Source of the DNA: Obrimoposthia wandeli
Lineage: Eukaryota
Assembly (NCBI GenBank): GCA_977020255.1
Contig: CDROCS010000506.1
Span: forward strand, 3,286,001 to 3,350,000
Length of the DNA: 64,000 nt
Direction of reading: 5' to 3'
The notes beneath the pieces are model-generated. The model was not told the origin of the DNA and did not search any database. It saw only the letters and a list, made by a program, of their open reading frames with translations. This document shows positions 1 to 8,875 of this stretch, one piece after another (the first letter of the stretch is position 1; each line of letters opens with the position of its first letter). The position numbers and the translations under genes were made by a program.

Positions 1-1008
1 TGCGGCCAAGCCTAAATGGTTTGCTACTTGTGCAACAAGCGTTACTTGTTCGTCTACAAACACACCCACATAAGCCAATGGTGCTGCGGCCATCACGTCT
101 TGCGCTGTTGCTAAGTTTACGCAACGTGGCGATTTTTTTGCAAAGATAAGGCCGCCATAAATAGCACCTTGTTCATAGACTGTTTTTGCATCTTCTGGGC
201 GTGTTAGACCACAGACTTTATTGTCGCCTAAAATCAAACGACGACAAGCTAAATCAACATTGTCTTGTGACATTAATGAACTGCCGACAAGGAAACCGTT
301 GGCGTAGTTCGCTAAATCGCGGACTTGTTGGTTACTATAAATGCCCGATTCTGAAATGATGATACGATCAGCTGGAATTTGCGGGGCAATAACCTTAGTA
401 CGGTTTAAGTCAATTGACAGATCACGTAGGTCGCGGTTATTAATACCAATTACTTTTGCATCTAAGGCGATTGCACGTACTAATTCTTCTTCGTTACTGA
501 CTTCAGTAAGCACGCCCATATTAAGGTCGTGAGCTACTTTCGCTAAGGCAATATATTCAGCATCATCTAATACTGACAACATCAATAGTGTTGCATCTGC
601 TTGATGTAAACGCGCTAAATAGATCTGATATTCATCAATGATGAAGTCTTTACAGATCACAGGCTGTGTCACTATGCTACGTACTTTAGTCACGTACTCA
701 AAGTCGCCTTGGAAATATTTCTCATCTGTTAGTACAGATACTGCTGCGGCATAATTTTTGTAAACACCAGCGATCAAATCTAAATCGAATTCTGGGCGAA
801 TTAAGCCTTTTGATGGCGATGCTTTTTTGCATTCCAAAATAAACTTGGTTGGCTTACCAGATAACGCGGCATAAAAGTCACGATCTGTTGGTTCTAGTTC
901 AGCAATAAAACTCGCTAATGGTTGGCTGGCTTTACGCGCAGCAACCCAAATCACTTTATCGTCAACAATATTACCGAGAATGGTTTGCTGTAACTCTTTC
1001 GTTAACAT
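1..1008 (-). CDS. trpC: Bifunctional indole-3-glycerol-phosphate synthase / phosphoribosylanthranilate isomerase (TrpCF), partial, runs off left edge
   Basis: Manual translation from ATG at 1008 gives MLTKELQQTILGNIVDDK...FILECKKASPSKGLIR...SVLTDEKYFQG, then the TrpF-type NKVCGLTR motif. It lies directly downstream of trpD and is absent from the ORF track because it is truncated. Confidence 0.95.
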   Translation of the reverse strand, partial: MLTKELQQTILGNIVDDKVIWVAARKASQPLASFIAELEPTDRDFYAALSGKPTKFILECKKASPSKGLIRPEFDLDLIAGVYKNYAAAVSVLTDEKYFQGDFEYVTKVRSIVTQPVICKDFIIDEYQIYLARLHQADATLLMLSVLDDAEYIALAKVAHDLNMGVLTEVSNEEELVRAIALDAKVIGINNRDLRDLSIDLNRTKVIAPQIPADRIIISESGIYSNQQVRDLANYANGFLVGSSLMSQDNVDLACRRLILGDNKVCGLTRPEDAKTVYEQGAIYGGLIFAKKSPRCVNLATAQDVMAAAPLAYVGVFVDEQVTLVAQVANHLGLAA

Positions 1009-1049
1009 TTATGCTTCCTTCTTGTTAGGTACGGTTATTAACGGTATGA

Positions 1050-2099
1050 CTAAGCTTGCTGACTCTTTGCTGCTAGCTGGTTAATCAAGGCTAATGCGCT
1101 GCCATTATCAATTGCAGCCATCGCTAATTCAGTGCCGTGTTTAAAGTCTGTCGCTATCTCAGCAACCACTAATAAGGCTGATACGTTGATTGCCACAGCG
1201 GATTTTTGTGCATAAGTACCGTGACCTGATAATAGGCGTTCGATAATGACTTTATTTTCTGCAGCATCACCACCACGCAGTTCTGCTACGTCATAACGTG
1301 CAACGCCAAAGTCTTCAGGAGTAATGCTGTATTCGGTGATCATGCCGTTATTTAACTCGGCTACTTTAGTTTCACCGTGCAAGGCTACTTCATCTAAGCC
1401 ACTGCCGTGGACGACTAATGCGCGTTGCACACCGAGTTTATCCATGGTTTCAGCGATAGGTAGAATTAAACTTTCGTCATACACACCCATTAATTGTACT
1501 TGTGGGCGCGTTGGGTTTAACAATGGGCCAAGTAGGTTAAAGATGGTGCGGGTTTTTAGCGCTTGACGTACTGGCATCGCATGGCGAATACCGGCGTGGT
1601 ATTGCGGTGCGAATAAAAAGCAAATACCTAATTCATCAAGGCAGGCTTTTGCTTGTTCTGGTGTTTGCGTTAGATTAATACCGAACGCTTCTAATAAGTC
1701 TGAAGAACCTGATTTACTCGATACGCTACGATTACCATGCTTAGTCATTTTTAACCCGCAAGCAGCAGCGACAAACGCCGCTGTTGTCGAGATATTAATG
1801 GTGTTCATGTTGTCGCCACCAGTACCACAGCAATCGGCATGTATTTCATCAACTGCTGGGAATGGCGTTGCTGCTGCTAATAAGGCTTGTGCTGCACCCG
1901 CGATCTCGTCGGGTTGTTCACCACGTATTTTTAATGCTGTTAACACAGATGAAAGTACGATTGGATCCATTTCACCTTGCACGACCGCGGTAAATACCGT
2001 TTCTGACTCTGCAATCGTCAGTACTTGGTTCGCATAGAGCTTTTCGAGAATGTCTGCGATTAATGTCGGTGCTGCAGATGTTGTGTTTGTGTGTTCCAT
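1050..2099 (-). CDS. trpD: Anthranilate phosphoribosyltransferase
   Basis: DCCGTGGD, NISTT and KHGNRSVSSKSGSSD motifs; trp operon position. Confidence 0.97.
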   Translation of the reverse strand: MEHTNTTSAAPTLIADILEKLYANQVLTIAESETVFTAVVQGEMDPIVLSSVLTALKIRGEQPDEIAGAAQALLAAATPFPAVDEIHADCCGTGGDNMNTINISTTAAFVAAACGLKMTKHGNRSVSSKSGSSDLLEAFGINLTQTPEQAKACLDELGICFLFAPQYHAGIRHAMPVRQALKTRTIFNLLGPLLNPTRPQVQLMGVYDESLILPIAETMDKLGVQRALVVHGSGLDEVALHGETKVAELNNGMITEYSITPEDFGVARYDVAELRGGDAAENKVIIERLLSGHGTYAQKSAVAINVSALLVVAEIATDFKHGTELAMAAIDNGSALALINQLAAKSQQA

Positions 2100-2103
2100 T
2101 GAC

Positions 2104-2709
2104 CTACTCCTTAGGACTTATTGCTGATGCTGTTGCCCATGCTAGGGTATTTTTTAACAGCTCGGCGCCTTCACTGGTTAATATTGATTCTGGATGAAAT
2201 TGAAAGCCTATCACTTTGTCTTCTGGCTGAATAATGGCCATTGGCATACCGTTAAACTCGGCGTTAACGGTTAAGCTACTTGGCACTTCGGTTGCGACCA
2301 ATGAGTGATAACGCGCAACCGGTAGTGGCTGGCTTAAACCGGCAAACATCAACTGACCATCATGGTTAATTGAAGATGCTTTACCGTGCATGATTTCTTC
2401 TGCACGACCGACGACACCACCATATTGTTGTACCAGAGCTTGATGACCTAAGCAAATGCCAATCATAGGATATTGACCACGGCATAAGCTGATTAGTTCC
2501 AATAAACAACCCGCTTCTGATGGATTACCTGGACCCGGTGAAAGTACCACAATTGGGTCATTTTCACATGCATCAATTTGTTGTTTGATTGCTTCTGCGC
2601 TGATGCTGTTACGATAAATTTTAACGTCATGGCCTAGGCTGCGAAACTGATCGACTAGGTTGTAAGTAAAAGAGTCAAAGTTGTCTAATAAAAATAAAGT
2701 GTTGCTCAT
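2104..2709 (-). CDS. trpG: Anthranilate synthase component II (glutamine amidotransferase)
   Basis: [24 protein letters not shown] and QFHPES class I GATase motifs. Confidence 0.97.
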   Translation of the reverse strand: MSNTLFLLDNFDSFTYNLVDQFRSLGHDVKIYRNSISAEAIKQQIDACENDPIVVLSPGPGNPSEAGCLLELISLCRGQYPMIGICLGHQALVQQYGGVVGRAEEIMHGKASSINHDGQLMFAGLSQPLPVARYHSLVATEVPSSLTVNAEFNGMPMAIIQPEDKVIGFQFHPESILTSEGAELLKNTLAWATASAISPKE

Positions 2710-2719
2710 GTTGCCTCCG

Positions 2720-4369
2720 TTACTTAGCGCTGTTAGCTGTGTTTGAGTCGTTTATCGTTGAATTAGCTGATGCTGCCATGATGGCTGCTAATGATGAACC
2801 TTGCGCTAGTGCCACTGCGTTTAATACTGCGGCGGCTTTACTGCGGGTTTCATCAGCTTCAGCTTGTGGGTTGGAATCGTAAACCACACCAGCGCCTGCT
2901 TGCACATAAGCCGTGTTGTCTTTTACAAACGCAGAGCGAATAACAATACAAGTATCCATGGTACCGTCACCTGTTAGGTAACCTACTGCGCCGCCATAGC
3001 TACCACGGCGTTGTTGTTCAACTTGGCGTACTAATTCTGCTGCGCGGATTTTTGGTGCACCAACTAAGGTACCCATGTTCATGCAAGCTTGATAAGCGTG
3101 TAGGGCATCAAGGTCATTACGCAGTTTGCCTTTTACGCGCGACACTAAATGCATCACGTAGCTGTAACGATCTACGTTTAATAGATTGGCAACGTAGCGT
3201 GTACCAGGTTGGCTAATACGAGCCACATCGTTACGCGCTAAATCAACCAGCATAATGTGTTCTGCGGTTTCTTTTTTATCTTGGCGAAGTTCTAATTCAA
3301 TACGACCATCTAAGTCAGGACAAATTGAACCATCGGCGCGGAAACCACGGCGACGTGTGCCTGCAATAGGGTAAATCTCAACGTCATTGCTTTGTGCATC
3401 ATATTTCAATGCACTTTCTGGTGATGCACCAAATAAGACAAAGTCTGAATCGTTGAGGTAGAACATGTACGGGCTGGCATTCGTTTGCTTAAGCTTTTCA
3501 TAAGCAGCAAGTGAATCAGGGCAAGGTAAGTTAAAGCAACGTGATGGTACAACTTGGAAAATATCACCTTTACGAATGTAGTCCTTTAATCCTTCTACCG
3601 TGGCGCAAAATTCACTGTCGCTGATATCAACGTTTAAGTTGAGCTCTGTCGATGTGGATTCTGGCGTTGCGATTAATATCGTGGCACATTCCGTTTGGAT
3701 ACGCGCTAATTTAGCTTCAGTCTCGTTTAATGCCGTATCGAAATGTTCACCACCAAATACGCTACCGATTAATTTTGATTGCTGGGTTTGACGATCAATG
3801 ACAATTAAAGTTTCAGCCACATAGAATACAAAGTCAGGGCAGATGTTAGCGCCATCTGGTACTTTTGGCAGAGACTCGACACTGGCAATCATGTCATAGG
3901 CAAAGCAGCCACCTAAGAATAACGCTTCGTGAAACGGTGTTTCTGGAATAACACGGTTGATAATCGTGCGCAGTGCATCAAACGGTGATGATGACTGTAG
4001 GCGTGAATCTTCATCAAGGCTGTCATCAGTTGGGGCAAAGCTTAATGCTAATTGGTTGTGACTCAGAGATGTAACGGTATCGGCACTAAATTGAGCAGTA
4101 AATTCGCCAGCTAAAAATGGCAATAAATTTTCACCATTCTTGGTTAATGCACTGAATTGAACCGTGCGGCCAAAACAAGAGATTTTAAGCGCAGCATCTA
4201 GCAAGATTAAACTTTGCAGTGCGGTTTTGGTAACGATGTCAGCAGATTCTAATAATAAGCTGTTACCGCTGGGACGATACATGTGACGGTAGAATGCAAG
4301 GGGATCATCAATGTGCGGACAATCTTGCTGAATTGAATGTAATTTACCTGGCGCTAATCGCTGCGTCAT
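2720..4369 (-). CDS. trpE: Anthranilate synthase component I
   Basis: [40 protein letters not shown] and QAGAGVV motifs. Confidence 0.97.
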   Translation of the reverse strand: MTQRLAPGKLHSIQQDCPHIDDPLAFYRHMYRPSGNSLLLESADIVTKTALQSLILLDAALKISCFGRTVQFSALTKNGENLLPFLAGEFTAQFSADTVTSLSHNQLALSFAPTDDSLDEDSRLQSSSPFDALRTIINRVIPETPFHEALFLGGCFAYDMIASVESLPKVPDGANICPDFVFYVAETLIVIDRQTQQSKLIGSVFGGEHFDTALNETEAKLARIQTECATILIATPESTSTELNLNVDISDSEFCATVEGLKDYIRKGDIFQVVPSRCFNLPCPDSLAAYEKLKQTNASPYMFYLNDSDFVLFGASPESALKYDAQSNDVEIYPIAGTRRRGFRADGSICPDLDGRIELELRQDKKETAEHIMLVDLARNDVARISQPGTRYVANLLNVDRYSYVMHLVSRVKGKLRNDLDALHAYQACMNMGTLVGAPKIRAAELVRQVEQQRRGSYGGAVGYLTGDGTMDTCIVIRSAFVKDNTAYVQAGAGVVYDSNPQAEADETRSKAAAVLNAVALAQGSSLAAIMAASANSTINDSNTANSAK

Positions 4370-4403
4370 AGTACTTTCCTTGCTTTAAAGTGACTAAATT
4401 TCC

Positions 4404-4436
4404 AATAAAAAAGCCCGTTTCAATGAAACGGGCTTT
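4404..4436 (-). terminator. trp attenuator terminator hairpin
   Basis: AAAGCCCGTTTC-AAT-GAAACGGGCTTT hairpin with a U-tract on the minus strand. The segment GCCCGTTT at 4491-4498 supplies the alternative (antiterminator) pairing. Confidence 0.9.
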
Positions 4437-4496
4437 AATGTTTGTTATTTTTGTAGATTTACATTTACTGCAGATATCACAAAATCACATGCCCGT

Positions 4497-4550
4497 TTAA
4501 AGAGGAATGTGCCACCACCAACTGATTGTTTGGTTTGTAATAATTTGCAT
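4497..4550 (-). CDS. trpL: trp operon leader peptide MQIITNQTISWWWHIPL
   Basis: 17-aa ORF with three consecutive TGG codons immediately upstream of the attenuator hairpin. Confidence 0.93.
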   Translation of the reverse strand: MQIITNQTISWWWHIPL

Positions 4551-4584
4551 TGATTCTGAGCCATAAAGTTATCTAAGTAGGTTA

Positions 4585-4614
4585 AACTTATGCGTTTTGG
4601 GCTATTACTGTCAA
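4585..4614 (-). promoter_or_regulatory. Probable sigma70 promoter of the trp operon
   Basis: Minus strand TTGACA (4614-4609), 18-nt spacer, TAAGTT (4590-4585), about 35 nt upstream of trpL. Confidence 0.55.
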
Positions 4615-4715
4615 TACATTTATTAATATTTGTGTGAAATTGTTAAATAAAACTTATAATGGGACTTTATTGTTTCTTTTTTGACACTCTTTATCGCTGG
4701 ATACGCTCTATTTTT

Positions 4716-5588
4716 ATGATATACGACTTACATTCTCATACTACTGCCTCTGATGGCTCTCTAAGTCCAGCTGAATTGGTGCAACGAGCGGTTGAACGTC
4801 GCGTTGATGTGTTTGCTATTACCGACCACGACACCACTGATGGTCTACAAGAAGGCCATGATACGATTGCCGAGATGCAATTACCGTTGACGTTAATCAA
4901 TGGTGTTGAAGTTTCAACGAACTGGCAAAACCATGAAATTCATGTCGTTGGTTTAAACGTAGACTTAGCTAACCCTGCATTACAGGCGTTTTTAGCTGAG
5001 CAACGTAATAAGCGTGAAGAACGTGCTATTGAAATGGGTAACCGTTTAGCTAAAGCGCGTATTCTTGGTGCGTATGAAGGCGCAAAAGCCTTGGCTGGTG
5101 ATGCCAGTATTACCCGTAGCCATTTTGCTCAATACTTGGTTGAGCAAGGCGTTGAGAATACCTTTCAAAATGTATTCAAACGTTTCTTAGCGAAAGGGAA
5201 AACCGGATATGTGCCACCCAACTGGGCAACAATTGAACAAACGATAGAAATAATTCATCAATCTGGTGGGCAAGCTGTACTGGCTCATCCGCTGCAGTAT
5301 AAACTGTCTACTAAGTGGTTTAAAAGATTACTCGCTGCCTTTGAAGAAGCGGGTGGTGATGCTATGGAAGTTGGGCAACCACAACAAGGTATTACCGAAC
5401 GCACCCAGTTAGCGGCTTATGCTCGCGATTATAATCTAACTGGGTCTGTTGGTTCTGATTTCCATCGACCAAGCAGCTGGACTGAGTTAGGTCGAAATTT
5501 ATATATCCCTAAAGATTGCACTCCAGTGTGGTCGTCTTGGCCTGAAATAGATACGAAACGAGTCTCCACGACTGAGCAAAGTGCTTAA
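4716..5588 (+). CDS. yciV: PHP-domain protein YciV/TrpH (RNase AM family)
   Basis: DLHSHTTASDG, AITDHD, LAHP and GSDFH PHP motifs. Start moved to ATG 4716 (MIYDLH); it is divergent from trp as in enterobacteria and vibrios. Confidence 0.9.
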   Translation: MIYDLHSHTTASDGSLSPAELVQRAVERRVDVFAITDHDTTDGLQEGHDTIAEMQLPLTLINGVEVSTNWQNHEIHVVGLNVDLANPALQAFLAEQRNKREERAIEMGNRLAKARILGAYEGAKALAGDASITRSHFAQYLVEQGVENTFQNVFKRFLAKGKTGYVPPNWATIEQTIEIIHQSGGQAVLAHPLQYKLSTKWFKRLLAAFEEAGGDAMEVGQPQQGITERTQLAAYARDYNLTGSVGSDFHRPSSWTELGRNLYIPKDCTPVWSSWPEIDTKRVSTTEQSA

Positions 5589-5720
5589 GTGGAGCAAGAT
5601 GCTTAAACGTCATTATTCGTCATTATGCGAAAATAAGGCGTAATTAGGCATGAGTTGAATGGCTAAGCAGCCGTTAAGCAGTATCAGCAAAGGTCATTCA
5701 ACAGTTAAGGAATCATTATT

Positions 5721-6341
5721 ATGAGTCAATTTTTTTACGTGCACCCTGATAACCCGCAAGCGCGTTTAATCAGTCAAGCCGTGGCGATATTACGTGACGG
5801 TGGTGTGATCATCTATCCGACAGATTCTGGCTATGCGCTAGGTTGTCATACTGGTGATAAAAACGCCCTAGAGCGTATTTGTAAAATTCGTAAGTTAGAT
5901 AAAGACCATAACTTTACTTTGTTGTGTCGTGATTTATCCGAGCTGTCGTCGTATGCACGTGTTGATAATAGTGCTTACCGCGCGCTTAAAAATAATACCC
6001 CAGGCCCGTATACCTTTATTTTTAAAGGTACCAAAGAAGTGCCGCGTCGTTTAATGAATCCAAAGCGTAAAACCATTGGTATTCGTGTGCCTGACAACGC
6101 TATCGCCTTGGCATTATTAGAAACCTTGGGTGAGCCAATGATGTCGACATCGTTAATCTTACCGGGTAACGAAGGCACTGAGTTTGATCCTGAAGCTATC
6201 CGTGACCAACTTGAAAACCAAGTCGATCTGATTATTAATGGCGGCTATTTAGGTGAACAAGCGACAACGGTAATTGATTATTCTGAAGGTAATGCTGTGC
6301 TGCTGCGTCAAGGTGCTGGTGATGCATCTGCTTTTGTGTAA
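5721..6341 (+). CDS. yciO: YciO (Sua5/YrdC/YciO family)
   Basis: MSQFFYVHPDNPQARLI, YPTDSGYALGC, PGPYTFI and GIRVP; synteny with yciV. Confidence 0.92.
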   Translation: MSQFFYVHPDNPQARLISQAVAILRDGGVIIYPTDSGYALGCHTGDKNALERICKIRKLDKDHNFTLLCRDLSELSSYARVDNSAYRALKNNTPGPYTFIFKGTKEVPRRLMNPKRKTIGIRVPDNAIALALLETLGEPMMSTSLILPGNEGTEFDPEAIRDQLENQVDLIINGGYLGEQATTVIDYSEGNAVLLRQGAGDASAFV

Positions 6342-6344
6342 CCA

Positions 6345-7130
6345 GTGGTAGAATCTAGCACTGCGATTGCCAAGGTTAATGGCGAGTTATTACGTAAAGT
6401 ACCAAAGGATTTGTTTATTCCGCCAGATGCGTTGAGTGTATTCTTAGACGCATTTGAAGGCCCATTAGATTTATTGCTGTATTTAATTAAAAAGCAAAAA
6501 CTCGATATTTTGCAGTTACCAATGCAAAAGATCACAGCGCAATACATGGAATATGTGGAATTAATGACCACGTTGAAAATTGAATTGGCCGGTGAGTATT
6601 TGGTGATGGCCGCATTGCTGGCTGAAATTAAATCACGTTTGCTGTTACCTAAATTAGTGGTAGCAGAAGAAGAACTCGATGATCCACGTTTAGTGCTGAT
6701 CCGACAGTTACAAGAATACGAAATATTTAAAAATGCAGCAGAAGATTTGGACAAACAACCACGTATCCTACGTGATATTTTTGTTGCCAGCGCTGCTCTG
6801 CCTGAAAATATTACCACTGCACCGTTATTAGCTGAAGTATCTCTGCGAGACTTGGCGTATAATCTGCAAAAATTACTCAAGAAAGCTGAACACTTCGAGC
6901 ATCATCAGATCCAACGTGAGGTATTAACCACGCGCGAAAAGATGACGCACATACTCGCATTACTGCAAGATGGTAAAGTTCGCACTTTCCATCAAGTTAT
7001 CGATCCTGCTGAAGGGCGACGCGGTATTGTGGTGAGTTTTCTGGCGATACTTGAGTTATTGAAAGAGTCTTTAATTAGCCTGATCCAGAATAATCCTTTG
7101 GGTGAGATATACTTAAGCTTAGCCGAATAA
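6345..7130 (+). CDS. scpA: Segregation and condensation protein A (SMC kleisin)
   Basis: DLFIPPDALSVFLDAFEGPLDLLLYLI, EYLVMAALLAEIKSRLLLP and VVSFLAILEL. Confidence 0.93.
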   Translation: MVESSTAIAKVNGELLRKVPKDLFIPPDALSVFLDAFEGPLDLLLYLIKKQKLDILQLPMQKITAQYMEYVELMTTLKIELAGEYLVMAALLAEIKSRLLLPKLVVAEEELDDPRLVLIRQLQEYEIFKNAAEDLDKQPRILRDIFVASAALPENITTAPLLAEVSLRDLAYNLQKLLKKAEHFEHHQIQREVLTTREKMTHILALLQDGKVRTFHQVIDPAEGRRGIVVSFLAILELLKESLISLIQNNPLGEIYLSLAE

Positions 7131-7145
7131 GTATGAGACCTGAGT

Positions 7146-7712
7146 GTGAATACAACACCTTATAAACAGATCATCGAAGCAGCTATTTTTGTTGCTAAGA
7201 AACCGTTATCATTAGCGGCTTTATGTCGTGACGTGCTAGCCGATGAAGATGTAAGTCGTCAGCAAGTAACCGCTTACATCGCCGAGATAATGCTAGATTA
7301 TCAAGGTAAAGGTGTCGAGCTGGTGGAAGTAGCGAGTGGTTACCGTTTTCAAGCGCGTTCACATTTAACGCCTTGGCTACAGCGGATGCTGCAGGAAAAA
7401 CCGCCTAAATACTCGCGCGCGACATTAGAAACATTAGCACTGATTGCTTATCGTCAACCCGTTAGTCGGGGTGATATTGAGGCAGTTCGTGGGGTTGCAG
7501 TTAGCAGCCAAACGATCCACACCCTTGAAGAACGGGAATGGATCAAAGTGATTGGCCGTAAAGAAGTACCGGGACGACCGGCTTTGTACGCGACAACCAC
7601 ACAATTTTTAGATTACTTTGGTATTAAAAGTATTCAAGAATTACCCCCATTGGATGAAGCTTTACTGGCTAAATTAGCCGCCATGGATGATGAAATTGTA
7701 TTGGATATCTAA
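7146..7712 (+). CDS. scpB: Segregation and condensation protein B
   Basis: IEAAIF, VEVASGYRFQ, SRATLETLALIAYRQPVSRGDIEAVRGV and GRPALYATT. Confidence 0.94.
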   Translation: MNTTPYKQIIEAAIFVAKKPLSLAALCRDVLADEDVSRQQVTAYIAEIMLDYQGKGVELVEVASGYRFQARSHLTPWLQRMLQEKPPKYSRATLETLALIAYRQPVSRGDIEAVRGVAVSSQTIHTLEEREWIKVIGRKEVPGRPALYATTTQFLDYFGIKSIQELPPLDEALLAKLAAMDDEIVLDI

Positions 7713-7770
7713 CGGTATCAATAATTTATAATAACGATGAGAAATCGTAACTTAATATTTAGGAAAACTG

Positions 7771-8778
7771 ATGAGTGAAAAACTACAGAAAGTACTAGCA
7801 CGTGCTGGTTTAGGTTCCCGTCGTGAGATGGAAGCTGTGATCACTGAAGGCCGTGTCAGCGTTAATGGTGACATTGTGACTTTGGGTAGCCGTGTTGAAG
7901 AGACAGATCAAATACGTTTTGATGGTCATCCGGTTAAAGTTATCACAGTAGAAGAAGACGTATGTCGTATTCTTGCATACCATAAACCTGAAGGTGAGTT
8001 ATGTACGCGTAAAGATCCAGAAGGTCGTAAGACTGTATTTGATCGTCTACCACCATTAAAAAGCGGCCGTTGGATCGCAATTGGTCGTCTAGATATCAAT
8101 ACTTCTGGTCTATTATTATTTACTACAGATGGTGAGCTAGCAAACCGTCTAATGCACCCAAGCCACGAAGTAGAGCGTGAATACTCTTGTCGTATCTTTG
8201 GTGAAGTAACACCTAAAATCATTCAAAACCTACGTATGGGTGTTGAATTGGAAGATGGCCCTGCTAAATTCCAAAAAATTAAAGGTGTTGCTGAAGGTAC
8301 TGGCGGCGAAGGTCTTAACCAATGGTACAACGTATTATTGAGTGAAGGTCGTAACCGTGAAGTACGTCGTTTATGGGAATCTCAAGGTATTCAGGTAAGT
8401 CGTCTTATCCGTATCCGTTATGGTTCTTTAGTATTGGATCGTCGTTTACCACGTGGCGGTTGGTCAGAACTTGCACTTGATGAGATTAACTACTTACGCG
8501 CTATCGTTTCATTACCACCTGAAACAACAGCACGTAACCTAGATCGTAAAGAAACACGTATTCGTCAAGGCCGTATCCGTCGTTCATTGAAAAACAATGA
8601 AGCACGTCAAAAGCCGAAGAAAGACGGTCGATTGGGTAAAGAAGTTGAAGAAACTAATGAACCTCGCGGTAAAGGCCAAGGCCGTACTAAGCCTGCTGGT
8701 TCTGGTATACCGCTACACGGTAAGAAAGTACCTTCTAAACCAAGATTTGGTAAAGCGAAGACTCGTACTCGTATCTAA
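7771..8778 (+). CDS. rluB: 23S rRNA pseudouridine(2605) synthase RluB
   Basis: S4 domain [19 protein letters not shown], catalytic [24 protein letters not shown], basic C-terminal tail. Confidence 0.93.
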   Translation: MSEKLQKVLARAGLGSRREMEAVITEGRVSVNGDIVTLGSRVEETDQIRFDGHPVKVITVEEDVCRILAYHKPEGELCTRKDPEGRKTVFDRLPPLKSGRWIAIGRLDINTSGLLLFTTDGELANRLMHPSHEVEREYSCRIFGEVTPKIIQNLRMGVELEDGPAKFQKIKGVAEGTGGEGLNQWYNVLLSEGRNREVRRLWESQGIQVSRLIRIRYGSLVLDRRLPRGGWSELALDEINYLRAIVSLPPETTARNLDRKETRIRQGRIRRSLKNNEARQKPKKDGRLGKEVEETNEPRGKGQGRTKPAGSGIPLHGKKVPSKPRFGKAKTRTRI

Positions 8779-8827
8779 GTACACGCTTCAATGGTAAGTC
8801 TTTAATTACCTGAATAGACGTTATAGT

Positions 8828-8875
8828 TAACGCGTTATCCCACTGCTAATCAGCATTGGGGTAGCGCGTTTTTTT
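8828..8875 (+). terminator. Intrinsic terminator after rluB
   Basis: Imperfect hairpin AACGCGTTATCCCACTGCT-AATC-AGCATTGGGGTAGCGCGTT followed by a T-run. Confidence 0.7.

Noticed and set aside
4560-4600. TrpR operator at the trp promoter
   Set aside because: No convincing match to the ACTAGT-type TrpR palindrome.
6308-6880. 190-aa minus-strand ORF and the many other 60-155 aa antisense ORFs in the track (e.g. 341-532, 15386-15760, 22102-22536, 25194-25568, 62426-62893)
   Set aside because: They lie wholly opposite well-supported genes, show no recognisable motifs or RBS, and are typical shadow ORFs.
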